A stretch of 64,000 nt of DNA, from assembly GCA_965222605.1 (NCBI GenBank), contig OZ244960.1, positions 640,001 through 704,000 of the forward strand, in the 5' to 3' direction. Shown one piece after another: positions 49,678-59,539 of the stretch. The notes beneath the pieces are model-generated. The model saw only the letters and a program-made list of their open reading frames with translations. It was not told where the DNA came from and ran no database searches. Source of the DNA: Candidatus Latescibacterota bacterium. GTDB lineage: Bacteria; Latescibacterota; UBA2968. Position numbers and translations under genes: made by a program. Each line of letters begins with the position of its first letter. Position 1 is the stretch's first letter.

Positions 49678-51054
49678 ATGAAACGGATCATTTTGCTACT
49701 GTGCCTCACGCGGGGGTTCATCTCGCCAGTCACGGGAGAAGATATCCCCGTTATGGGGCAGGGTGCCATCCCATTTTGGGTCGATAGTGCCGGGTTTTAT
49801 ACGCCAGACAGCCTGAACTATGGCGAACTGTATCTCCAATGCCTTTGCCAGCACCTCACATTTAGAAAATCAAATGACCGCCAGCGGGCTATCTACCGCG
49901 TAGAAGCCACCTTTTTTTCCGAGCGCGATACCATTCCCTTCAAATGGGAAAAACAGATCATCGCAGACAAGAAAACAGACCTGCGCGATCAAATGATTAC
50001 AGAGGCATTGAGCTTTAAAATAGCCCCCGGCACCTACGGGGTTCACATGCGCCTGAAAGATTTGCAGGCCAACGCCGAAGGCAACTGTGAACTTGTCTTT
50101 ACAATGCCCGAATTTGGCAACGCTGCCTTGACCATGAGCGACATCCAGTTTGCCCATCGGATTGACGCCGCGAACACACAGACCAGCAGCAGGCTGGTCA
50201 AAAATGGGTTCAAAATCGTCCCCAATACGCGCAGGTCAATAGAGACGACCTTAAACATCTACTTTGAACTGTACGGCCTTACCACAGGCGAGGGACGCGC
50301 TGGAACTTTCGACCTCGCCTATACCCTCCTGGATACCGCGGGACAGCGGATCAGAAACTTTCCCTCGCGCTATCGCAAACCCGGCACAACCGCAATTAAA
50401 ACCGAATCTCTCGACCTCAAAGGTGTACCGCCAGGGCAGTATGTACTGGAAATTACTGCCCGCGACAATGGCACGCGAAAAATCACCACGCGCCAAAGGG
50501 TCTTTTCAATTGCAGACGTACAAAAACCCGCACTGGCAACAGACCCCGCCTCCTTAAAACGCTATTACAACCAAATCCGCTACATCGCCACAAAAGCTGA
50601 ACGTGAAGCTTATACCTCCTTAAGCACCAATGAGAAAGTGAAATTTATTCTCTCTTTCTGGAAAAAACGCGACCCAACGCCTCTAACGCCCGAAAATGAG
50701 TTTGCCACCGAACATTTCAGGCGCATGCGCTATGCAGACGAACGCTTCTCTGCACGCCCCGGGCAAAAGGGATCGGATACCGACCAGGGACGCATCCACA
50801 TCAAATATGGCCTGCCAACAGATATTGAGCGCAGTCCGTTTAGTGCCACCGGCAAAGCTTTTGAAATTTGGACCTACGAACACCTCAATTACTACGAGTT
50901 TGTATTTTTGGATCGCCTCGGAGACGGCGTTTATGAAATGATCCACGCCACTATGCCAGGAGAACGCTACAACCCCAACTGGCGAGACGAACAAGCCATC
51001 GGTGACCAAACTGACCCCACATCACTGCCATCTGAGGCATTTTCTCCGCCATAA
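49678..51054 (+). CDS. GWxTD-domain protein
   Basis: FWKKRDPTP.TPENE, RMRYADERF, GSDTDQGRIHIKYGLP, EIWTY; signal peptide. Confidence 0.85.
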   Translation: MKRIILLLCLTRGFISPVTGEDIPVMGQGAIPFWVDSAGFYTPDSLNYGELYLQCLCQHLTFRKSNDRQRAIYRVEATFFSERDTIPFKWEKQIIADKKTDLRDQMITEALSFKIAPGTYGVHMRLKDLQANAEGNCELVFTMPEFGNAALTMSDIQFAHRIDAANTQTSSRLVKNGFKIVPNTRRSIETTLNIYFELYGLTTGEGRAGTFDLAYTLLDTAGQRIRNFPSRYRKPGTTAIKTESLDLKGVPPGQYVLEITARDNGTRKITTRQRVFSIADVQKPALATDPASLKRYYNQIRYIATKAEREAYTSLSTNEKVKFILSFWKKRDPTPLTPENEFATEHFRRMRYADERFSARPGQKGSDTDQGRIHIKYGLPTDIERSPFSATGKAFEIWTYEHLNYYEFVFLDRLGDGVYEMIHATMPGERYNPNWRDEQAIGDQTDPTSLPSEAFSPP

Positions 51055-51077
51055 AACCGCGAGAAGCCACAAAACCT

Positions 51078-53063
51078 ATGGCAAAAACGCCATGCCCACA
51101 ATATAGGTCAGCATCCTTGCCCGAACCCAAAACAAGTGGTGTAAGCCTTCGCGCTATTGTATTGGGGCTCGCGCTCGTTGTCCTGATCAATCTCTGGATG
51201 CCCTATTCAGAGTACATCGTGCGGGCATCGCGCATGAACCTCAGCCACTTTCCGGTCGCAGTATTCATCCTCTTTCTCCTCATACGCTACCTGCTCACCC
51301 CTCTACTATCAGCCTGGAACCCCACCCTCCTTTTAACCCCTTCTGAACAGTTCGTCATCATTGCAATGGGACTCGCAGGCGGTGTGGTGCCCGGATCAGG
51401 TGTCCTCGGTTTTCTCTTTGGCACCATTGCTACCCCGTATTATTTTGCCACGCCAGAAAACCGCTGGGCGGACTTCTTCCACGCCCACCTTCCCACCTAT
51501 TTGGTACCGCCCAATACCAACGGCGCAATGCGCGATTTTTACGAAGGTGCGCTACCCGGCACTCCAATCCCCTGGTCTATATGGGGCGCGCCCCTTTTTT
51601 GGTGGCTTGTTTTCATCGCTGCCATTGTCTTTGTTTCGGCCTGTATTGCAGTCATCTTGCGCCGCCAGTGGTCTGAAAATGAGCGTTTGGCATTTCCCCT
51701 ATTAAGCCCGACCCTGCATATTGTTTCTCCAGAACAAACACGCGATAATCCCTTGCAGTACAGAGGTCTCTACTGGGCGGGATTCGCTCTCTCCTCTGGC
51801 ATTCTCTCCTGGAATATTCTCCATTTCTTCTGGCCTATCGTGCCCGATATTAAACTGACACTTCCCTTTTTTTATTTTGCCAAAGGTTATCCCCCCATCT
51901 TTCCCCGGTTCAATATTTACGTCATGGGATTTGCCTATTTTGCCAACCTCGATGTGCTGTTCAGCATGTGGTTCTTCCATCTCCTTTTTTACCAAATCCC
52001 AGGTGGCCTCTTAAATCGCATTGGATTTGACATGCCCGGCCGCGGTGACCCCTATGGTGCGCTTCACTTTTCCGGCGCGGGCTGGTTGTGTTTTGGCGCT
52101 CTGTGTTTTTTCGTTTTTTGGGGATTGTACATCTCTCGCCATCACCTCAAAGCGGTCCTTCTCAAAGCCATCAACCCGCAACACCCCATTGACGACACTC
52201 GGGAACTCCTATCTTACCGCACCGCTGTTTCGGGGCTACTTATTGGAACGCTTTTTATTTTTATCTGGTTATATCAATCCGGCATGGGGCCCTCAGCGAT
52301 CGCCTTTTACATTGCGGCTACCTTTGTCATTTACATGGGCGTGGCGCGTATCGTCGCTCAAACCGGCATTCTTTTCGTGCAAGCCCCAATCAGCGCACAG
52401 GTTTTCACCATTTATTCTCTCGGTACACACGCCCTTTCGATGCCCACCATGACATCGCTCGCCCTCTCCTACGCGCTCACCAACTATATTCGCGGTCTGT
52501 TTATGCCCGCATTAATCCATATCGCCAAACTATCCGAATGGATCAAAGCTGACCACCGCAAACTTTTAGGCGCGGTCTTTTTGGGATTAGTCGTCGGCTG
52601 TCTGACGTTTATTTTATATGTCATTCCCCTGGGTTATGAAAGGGGGGCTTTCAATTTTAACGACATTCCGCTCAAATCGGGTATCAATCGGATCTATCCG
52701 GTGATCCTCAGCAAAATTGTCAATCCCTTTGGTCCCGACTGGCAAAGGCTGGGATTTTTTGGCGGCGGCGCAACATTGATGGGATTGCTCACATTCTTAC
52801 AATATCGCTTCCCCTGGTGGCCCCTGCATCCCATTGGCCTGACTGTTTGCAGCACCAATGTCGCCCGCAGCAATCAGGTTTCTATTTTTATAATTTGGGC
52901 ATTCAAATTGTTCGTACTGCATTTTGGCGGTGTTTCTGCTTATCGTCGTTTCCAGCCCTTCTTCATTGGCCTACTTACCGGTTATGGCCTGGGAGTCGCG
53001 CTGTCTTTTATTGTCGATGCCCTGTGGTTTTCCGGTCAGGGACATTACGTACACAGGTGGTAA
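51078..53063 (+). CDS. DUF6785/DUF6784-type polytopic membrane protein, copy B
   Basis: YYFATPENRW, LRRQWSENERLAFPL, RIVAQTG, YRFPWWPLHPIG, PFFIGLLTG. Confidence 0.75.
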   Translation: MAKTPCPQYRSASLPEPKTSGVSLRAIVLGLALVVLINLWMPYSEYIVRASRMNLSHFPVAVFILFLLIRYLLTPLLSAWNPTLLLTPSEQFVIIAMGLAGGVVPGSGVLGFLFGTIATPYYFATPENRWADFFHAHLPTYLVPPNTNGAMRDFYEGALPGTPIPWSIWGAPLFWWLVFIAAIVFVSACIAVILRRQWSENERLAFPLLSPTLHIVSPEQTRDNPLQYRGLYWAGFALSSGILSWNILHFFWPIVPDIKLTLPFFYFAKGYPPIFPRFNIYVMGFAYFANLDVLFSMWFFHLLFYQIPGGLLNRIGFDMPGRGDPYGALHFSGAGWLCFGALCFFVFWGLYISRHHLKAVLLKAINPQHPIDDTRELLSYRTAVSGLLIGTLFIFIWLYQSGMGPSAIAFYIAATFVIYMGVARIVAQTGILFVQAPISAQVFTIYSLGTHALSMPTMTSLALSYALTNYIRGLFMPALIHIAKLSEWIKADHRKLLGAVFLGLVVGCLTFILYVIPLGYERGAFNFNDIPLKSGINRIYPVILSKIVNPFGPDWQRLGFFGGGATLMGLLTFLQYRFPWWPLHPIGLTVCSTNVARSNQVSIFIIWAFKLFVLHFGGVSAYRRFQPFFIGLLTGYGLGVALSFIVDALWFSGQGHYVHRW

Positions 53064-53094
53064 GCAAACGCACGAAAAACAGTTCCGAATATTA

Positions 53095-53122
53095 AAAAGC
53101 CGACGTAAAAACATCGGCTTTT
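53095..53122. terminator. Bidirectional intrinsic terminator (same family as 36796-36823)
   Basis: AAAAGCCGACG-taaaaa-CATCGGCTTTT between convergent operons. Confidence 0.7.
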
Positions 53123-53144
53123 CTTGAAAATCGCCCTATCTACC

Positions 53145-53906
53145 TCAAAAGGCGACTGTCAAACTCATGGGCGCAGGCGCAAAAACCACGCTATCAAACA
53201 AATTCAGAACCCAAATCGCACTGAGGACACCGATCAGAATATTCACCCGCTTTTCCTGAGGCTTAACCTCTCGATGGCGCGCCTCCCACTCGGTATAGCG
53301 CGTCCCATCGTCATTTGGATATCGCTGGTTTACATGGTGAAATATAGTTGTCTGATTGTAGTGATTGCGGGCACTTCTAAAATTCTGATACTGAAACCTC
53401 AGCGCGACAGACGTCGCAACCACTGCGCCGAGAAACGCATATCCCTTTTTCTTATGACCCCGGTAATACTGACCCCATCCGGGAACGACCAAAGACCGCA
53501 TCGCAGCAGACAAGCGTTTGGTCTTCATGCGGCGTGCCTCCTCCTCACCGTGCAACAAAGCCCACCAGAACGCGCCGGAATCTGCATTTTCAAGATAGCC
53601 CCGATCCAATCGGTTATTCAAAGCAAAAGCCTCTCGAAATGCCCAATCGGCCTGCAGAGAATCCCCCGCCGCGAGATAACAACACCCAAGATCAAAAAAC
53701 AGACGCGCACGCGAATCTCGATTCATCGGCGTCAGCTTCGGCGAGAGTTGCGCCACACCCGGTACAGCCAACAAATACCCTATCGCACCCTCATAATCAC
53801 CCTGTTTGTAGCGCACCTCGGCCTCTCGAACATAAGGCGGAACATCCTCAGCACCTGCAAAACCAAAAGCGCCGATAAGCGCGACAAAAATAAAAAATCT
53901 CATCAT
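53145..53906 (-). CDS. TPR plus DUF5683-like membrane-associated protein
   Basis: Signal peptide, TPR-like helices, AAMRSLVVPGWGQYY..KKKG, WVLNLFD. Confidence 0.65.
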   Translation of the reverse strand: MMRFFIFVALIGAFGFAGAEDVPPYVREAEVRYKQGDYEGAIGYLLAVPGVAQLSPKLTPMNRDSRARLFFDLGCCYLAAGDSLQADWAFREAFALNNRLDRGYLENADSGAFWWALLHGEEEARRMKTKRLSAAMRSLVVPGWGQYYRGHKKKGYAFLGAVVATSVALRFQYQNFRSARNHYNQTTIFHHVNQRYPNDDGTRYTEWEARHREVKPQEKRVNILIGVLSAIWVLNLFDSVVFAPAPMSLTVAF

Positions 53907-53916
53907 ATCCCCTCAA

Positions 53917-55479
53917 TCAATCCGGATCGGCCTGGACAAAAGGCACCAGGAACGGAGGTGCACTCACAAACACAACTACACGATTTTGGGCATCCCATAC
54001 ATAAACACCGCCATACTGAGAGGCAACCAAACCCACAGGATCTAAAACCAAATCATCCAGAACACGCCACCGCAATACAGGCTGCCCGTCAGCATTAAAA
54101 ACCATAACTCGATCGCGAGCCAGTACAAATACAGCCCTGGGACCACTGCCAACCCATACGGGAAAAACACCAGCGGGCAACACAACCTCCTCCCAAACAG
54201 GCTGTGACCCCAGGTGGCTTGTATCCGTTCGAAACACCTCTCCCAATGTCGTCACCATCCAGATATCAGGCCCCAAAACCGCAAGACTTTGGATCGCGCC
54301 TTCAATGCCCGTATCATAAGACCCACGTTCAACAATGGTATTTACATTAAATGAGAATGTCTTTAACCTTTGTCCAACACCCACCCAAATCGTGCCATCG
54401 GGTGCAACCGTCATCGCAGTAGGCAACTCAGAATCCGCAATGCGCCAGTCCTCGTATTGCCAGGGAATCTCAGAGATTCTCCACTGAGACGAAGTAAGCT
54501 GCACCTCCTGAAACGCAGAAAGTTGCACCTCTCTGGTCTCTGACAAAATGCCGCCAAGCAATACAGTGGGAATAGCACCGATTCCAGTAGAGACCGCGGC
54601 AACAGAAAGAGATGCTAATCGCAACCCTTCGCGGTTGGGCACGGGCAGTACGCGCGTCCTATACGTAGAATTGGTCTCGCGTATGGAAATGGCATCGGAT
54701 GTCGCGAGTAATACCAGCGCGGGACTTCTTACAAAACCTGCAGCAGGCGCCAAAGCCACAAACACATTTGTGGCTTCGGCAATATTAAAATTGAATCGCC
54801 GTTGATACGGGTATATAAACATATCGCGGCTTTCGAGAACCACATCGCGATCCATCGTATTCCGCAAGCGATACGTATATTTGCGATTGCCCTCTATGAG
54901 CACATCGGTAAAACTCGCAACTTCGGGATCTTCAGACTGGAAAATCACCTGCGCCGCCGCATCATCCACAGAACGCAACAACTCATAGCGACGGGGAACA
55001 CCTGCCGACAAATGCCAAGTGACAGTCGCTGTACCCTTTTCGGGCAAAAACTGGATATTTTCCAATAGCGCCCCGGGAATCTGCACCGCGCCTAAAAGTG
55101 CTCTTGCTGGTCGTTTTCCGGCGGTTTCTGTATGCAGGCTATAACCGTACCTTTCACCAGCCTGGATATCAAAATGCGCTATCGGCATCATCTCCCACAC
55201 ATCTGCACGGCGGTTCACTTCTCGCAACGGTGCAGGCAAATCCTGCCACGGAAACCTGCGCCATCCATCGCGCTCACTGCGCCAAAATCGATAGCGCGTC
55301 GCAGGTTCAATACCCAGATATTCCCAATCAATTATAACGGCATTCTGCCCCTCGTCATATCTCAGATCAAAAGGGACCACAACCGGCGAATTGGCCGGAT
55401 CAGTAGCGAGGTCGCGCCGGGAATCACACCCGGCGAACAACAAAAGACAAAACAAAAAATATGTGGCACTATTTCCCAT
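53917..55479 (-). CDS. Putative lipoprotein with FN3-like and beta-propeller (NHL-like) regions
   Basis: Lipobox LFAG-C; YTYRL; C-terminal PVGL..GGVYVWDAQNRV. Confidence 0.55.
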   Translation of the reverse strand: MGNSATYFLFCLLLFAGCDSRRDLATDPANSPVVVPFDLRYDEGQNAVIIDWEYLGIEPATRYRFWRSERDGWRRFPWQDLPAPLREVNRRADVWEMMPIAHFDIQAGERYGYSLHTETAGKRPARALLGAVQIPGALLENIQFLPEKGTATVTWHLSAGVPRRYELLRSVDDAAAQVIFQSEDPEVASFTDVLIEGNRKYTYRLRNTMDRDVVLESRDMFIYPYQRRFNFNIAEATNVFVALAPAAGFVRSPALVLLATSDAISIRETNSTYRTRVLPVPNREGLRLASLSVAAVSTGIGAIPTVLLGGILSETREVQLSAFQEVQLTSSQWRISEIPWQYEDWRIADSELPTAMTVAPDGTIWVGVGQRLKTFSFNVNTIVERGSYDTGIEGAIQSLAVLGPDIWMVTTLGEVFRTDTSHLGSQPVWEEVVLPAGVFPVWVGSGPRAVFVLARDRVMVFNADGQPVLRWRVLDDLVLDPVGLVASQYGGVYVWDAQNRVVVFVSAPPFLVPFVQADPD

Positions 55480-58400
55480 ATCGAAACACAATTTCCTTTG
55501 AAACACGACGTTGCGCATTTAAGTCTTCCACGATAATTTTTAACCGATTGCGCCCCTGTTTGGCCTTTGCCAGATCGACAAACTGATAGACCTGCACGCT
55601 CGGCTGTGTATCCACCTGTTCAAACGACATCGACACTTCGGGATTGACCTCCTGCCCAGTCAACAGCTTTCGCAAACCCTCTACCTGTTCCAAAGCCGCA
55701 ATCTGAATCGTAACGCGATAGCGCGTCTGTCCAAACTCGTCTGCCATTAGATTATAAACCTCAAAATACAAACCCATCTCCTGCCCAACGAGAAACGCGC
55801 GCGTGGGCAAAGGCAGCACGCGCAAATTTTTTCGGCGAAAAGAATCATCCACATCCGTCTCATCAATCTGCGCGGCCAGTACCGGATCGCTAATCTGCAA
55901 TTCCGAATCGCCATAAGGCTCAACCGCAATAACTTGCCGCAACAAACTGACGCGATTGGCACTGACATTCTCCGCCTTCACCGTCAAATAATAAGAGCCA
56001 GGCGGCACAGGCAAGGTCAACAAATCGGTCAGCATAGCATTCGAATCAGATGGTATGTCTTTCCGCGCAACCGTTCGACTCGTGCGAAACGCGCGGTTCG
56101 CAACCGAATCGTACAGCGCCATAGCCAGCGTCAAATCGCCTCTGCCGATCTTCTCCACATCCAGCGGCAAACCATAAACCACATCCACCCGTGTCATGAA
56201 ATACCCCCCTCGCGCATCGGCCACATCGTAATAAAATTCCAACTCGCGCGTTTGCCACCACGGTCGGTATTGCTCTGGCATCTCGCTCACGGCCTGTCTA
56301 TAAGCCGTTTCCGGCGCATTTTCATGAATCCGCGCTATGGACCGCATCCCCAGCGGCTGGCGCAGCGGAATCGGCGCGAAATTAAAATGCCCCGATCCCA
56401 TCTCATCCGTAAATGTAATCTCCATCCCCCCGCCAACCGTCACATACACCCACGATTCCCAGGGTACGAGGCTATTATCTTCCGCAGATGTGACGGGCAA
56501 ATAACCATCGCCCATCGTGTGGGTATCCGCGTCATTTCTTCCCATCAGATCAAACGAATCTGCGAACATCGCACGCGAACTCCGCACCGGAAACACCGTG
56601 CCCACCAGCGCGCCCTCTTGCGGACGAGTGTACAACTGCGCGTACAACTCGTCTTTCACCTGCTGCACCGCAACACTCATCACCCCTGGCGCGCGACCAG
56701 AGCGCGCGCGATAATCCGGCTCTCCATAGCGCAAACACACCTCACCTCGCCGATCCCATGGATATGCAGACCCGGCAAAATATTGCCGCGCCATCCACAC
56801 GCGCTGATAGTGTTCTTGCAACCGCTCATTCACTGCCGTAGTAGGGTCCAGATCCTTTTGCATCCAGAATCGATCGATAAAATCTTGCTTCTCCGCATCG
56901 GAAAGTGCGTTGTAGATCGCGCGCTGTTCATCTGACAAAATAGGGCCTGGATCGACGTACAACGCCAGCGTCTGGGCATCAATCCGTTCTAAGAACTGAT
57001 TCCAATACACCGAAGCGCGTTCGTAATCCCCCGCCCGATAAGCCCATTGTGCCGCAACAGGCAACAAATTGGGCGCCTCGGGATGGCGTTCGATAAATGG
57101 CAAAATCTGTCGCGCTATCGCCTGCTGGTCTTCCATGCGCAACAACACAGCACCCAGCTTTGTAACCGCATCAACATCATCCGGCTCCAATGACAAATAG
57201 CGCGTATAATATGCAGCGGCTGTTGCATTGCGCTGGGACAAAGCGTAAAAATCATCGCGCGCAAACCAGTCACCCAACAACTGATATGGCGCGCTATACG
57301 TCGAATCAATCGCAATCGCCCGAGACGCCATATCCACGCACTGATCTGTCCCGATATCAAAATAAACCGACGCCATCTGGTAATACAAATCTGCGCGCGT
57401 CGTATCCACTTCCAAGGCGCGATAAAAATACGAAACAGCACGCTGCCGCAGGGCTGGGCGTCGCGCATAAACCCGCCCCAATCCTTCATAAGCCAGCACC
57501 GCGCTATCCTCAAAAGGCTCGGCTTCTAAAAATGCCTCTTCAGCATCGCTCAAAAGCCCGCGCTCCAGCGCAACCATACCCCGATTCACCCAGCCCGGCC
57601 CGTCTTGTGGCTCCGGCTGATTAGCCCAGGAATCCGTCTGAGCACCCGATTTAACCTTTGCCAATCCCGCGACCAGATCTGTGGCAATAGTCTGCGACAA
57701 ATCGTCAAACCGATCCTTGCGCCAGATGCGCCGCGCATTGGCACTGCCCGCCCACAAAATATGCCCAGAAGACGTATCAATCAGCCGCAGAGCAACCCCC
57801 ACAGCATTGATCGCATTGTCTTTGCCAGTAGCCATCAAACTACCGCATAAAACAGCATCTGCCTTATGCGCCAACAACATTCGATCCGCAGTACTCAAGC
57901 GCGCGCCTACCGGCTGTGACATATCCAATCCATCGAACAACCCATCACCCAGCATACCCTCTCTAATCAACCGCTCATACCCTCCCACCAGCGCTTTTTG
58001 CGAAGTGTGCAACGGCGCGAATACCACCTGCAACGGCCACTCACCTGACCGCATCATCTTACCATGCCGATTGGCTTTCTGAAAGCCGAGTTGCGCCATC
58101 AAATTGCCCAGTGCAATCTCTCCTATATCGCGCTGGGCATAGATCCACTGCCATTCGACATCATCCCGCGCCTTGCCCATCCAAATGGGTTCCCCAGTGT
58201 CCAAATCCACAAGCCGCACATGCAATGTGCGCGTCCCGGCATCAGAAACAAATCCGATCAACGCCTGATCTGCGCGAGCCGCTGTTTTCAACAAAAATAA
58301 ATCATAGTCTTTCAACGCTTGTTTTCTCCCCACCATCCACTTCATCTTACCCCGTGGAATCGTATCTGGCTCCACCAGTTCAAACCAGCGCCCCTGCCAG

Positions 58401-58588
58401 GCGGGGATATCCCGATGGCGCATCAACTCATCCACCAATCGGTCAGCCATAAAAACCCCGTAATCGGGATCTTTCTCCGAAAATAGTGGAAACACTGCCA
58501 GACGAGGAATCACTTCGCGCTGCGGCAAATCCTCACACTGCACCGCTGCGGAAAACACGAGCAATAATATTAGAAGTGGATATCTCAT
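55469..58588 (-). CDS. Large GWxTD-domain protein with TPR repeats and N-terminal CsgG/TolB-N-like repeats
   Basis: LRLIDTSSG.ILW, TPRs, FWMQKDLDPTTAVNERLQEHYQRV, WDRRGEVCLRYGEP. Confidence 0.75.
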   Translation of the reverse strand: MRYPLLILLLVFSAAVQCEDLPQREVIPRLAVFPLFSEKDPDYGVFMADRLVDELMRHRDIPAWQGRWFELVEPDTIPRGKMKWMVGRKQALKDYDLFLLKTAARADQALIGFVSDAGTRTLHVRLVDLDTGEPIWMGKARDDVEWQWIYAQRDIGEIALGNLMAQLGFQKANRHGKMMRSGEWPLQVVFAPLHTSQKALVGGYERLIREGMLGDGLFDGLDMSQPVGARLSTADRMLLAHKADAVLCGSLMATGKDNAINAVGVALRLIDTSSGHILWAGSANARRIWRKDRFDDLSQTIATDLVAGLAKVKSGAQTDSWANQPEPQDGPGWVNRGMVALERGLLSDAEEAFLEAEPFEDSAVLAYEGLGRVYARRPALRQRAVSYFYRALEVDTTRADLYYQMASVYFDIGTDQCVDMASRAIAIDSTYSAPYQLLGDWFARDDFYALSQRNATAAAYYTRYLSLEPDDVDAVTKLGAVLLRMEDQQAIARQILPFIERHPEAPNLLPVAAQWAYRAGDYERASVYWNQFLERIDAQTLALYVDPGPILSDEQRAIYNALSDAEKQDFIDRFWMQKDLDPTTAVNERLQEHYQRVWMARQYFAGSAYPWDRRGEVCLRYGEPDYRARSGRAPGVMSVAVQQVKDELYAQLYTRPQEGALVGTVFPVRSSRAMFADSFDLMGRNDADTHTMGDGYLPVTSAEDNSLVPWESWVYVTVGGGMEITFTDEMGSGHFNFAPIPLRQPLGMRSIARIHENAPETAYRQAVSEMPEQYRPWWQTRELEFYYDVADARGGYFMTRVDVVYGLPLDVEKIGRGDLTLAMALYDSVANRAFRTSRTVARKDIPSDSNAMLTDLLTLPVPPGSYYLTVKAENVSANRVSLLRQVIAVEPYGDSELQISDPVLAAQIDETDVDDSFRRKNLRVLPLPTRAFLVGQEMGLYFEVYNLMADEFGQTRYRVTIQIAALEQVEGLRKLLTGQEVNPEVSMSFEQVDTQPSVQVYQFVDLAKAKQGRNRLKIIVEDLNAQRRVSKEIVFRYGK

Positions 58589-58754
58589 TGAAGTTCTCTC
58601 GTTTTGGTGAAGTGTTTATGACTTGGACATCAATATACTGCCGACTGTCTCAAGGCGATACGCGAAAAGGTGAAGGAATTTGAGGTAAAAACGCATGCCA
58701 TGTTTTCTCTATAATATTCGTGCAATATCCGAATCACCATCTTGTGCCGGGCAT

Positions 58755-58779
58755 GCCCCTGCATAGTTTAAGCAGGGGC
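58755..58779. repeat. REP-like palindrome related to those at 6688-6762
   Basis: GCCCCTGC-ATAGTTTAA-GCAGGGGC vs ACGCCTGC-ATGTTTTAA-GCAGGCGT. Confidence 0.6.
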
Positions 58780-58846
58780 CACACCGCGATGACGGCTCTA
58801 CAGCGCCTGATTTGCTGACTACTGACGCTGACCGCTGATGGCTCTT

Positions 58847-59539
58847 TTAATTGTTAATCGCCTGTCGCGTTGCGTCTAAGAACGTTTCGTATCTTTGAGG
58901 ACCACCGCGCAATACGCGGACAATCTCACCTTTGGCGTCAATAAAAAATGACCTGGGAATACCAGTGTTCTCATACGCATTGTTCACTTCTCCCGCCGAG
59001 TCGAGAACAAAAGTCCAGGTGTAGCCATATCTTCTGATAAAACGTATCTCCTGGATGCGCGTGTCTCGTACGCCAATGCCGACGATCTGGATAGAGTCAC
59101 CCATAGTATTTTGTAACTTTTGCATGTCGGGCATTTCGGCAACACAGGGACCACACCAGGTTCCCCAGAAGTTGAGGAACACGGGTTTGCCGCGTTGTTC
59201 ATAGAGGTTGAACGATTCGCCAGTGAGGGTTCTCAGCGTAAAGTTGGGGGCTTGCATCCCAACTTGCATACCAACGGGAGCGTCGGTGGTTGGCGGAGGG
59301 GTTGGCGCGGTGGTTGTCTGCCCGTAGAATTGGACAAAAATGACAAAGTCCCGAAAGTTGACTGCGCCATCCCCATTCAAGTCAAACTGGGTCTGGTTTG
59401 TCCCATATCCCTGTGAAAATGCGATAAAATCGGCAAAATCCACTTTGCCGCTGTTATTGAAATCGCAATCTGATGCGGTTGGTGCTGCGTGTACATAGGC
59501 AGGTAGGAGCAGGAAAATCAATGTCATGACATACTTCAT
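58847..59539 (-). CDS. Secreted TlpA/ResA-like thiol-disulfide oxidoreductase with N-terminal dockerin-like Ca-binding pair
   Basis: DFNNSGKVDFADF / DLNGDGAVNFRDF, PT linker, LNFWGTWCGPC..EMP. Confidence 0.85.
   Translation of the reverse strand: MKYVMTLIFLLLPAYVHAAPTASDCDFNNSGKVDFADFIAFSQGYGTNQTQFDLNGDGAVNFRDFVIFVQFYGQTTTAPTPPPTTDAPVGMQVGMQAPNFTLRTLTGESFNLYEQRGKPVFLNFWGTWCGPCVAEMPDMQKLQNTMGDSIQIVGIGVRDTRIQEIRFIRRYGYTWTFVLDSAGEVNNAYENTGIPRSFFIDAKGEIVRVLRGGPQRYETFLDATRQAINN

Noticed and set aside
53124-54098. 324-aa plus-strand ORF (likewise 19088-19876, 30833-31651, 44513-45622, 55934-56935)
   Set aside because: Opposite-strand shadows of better-supported genes
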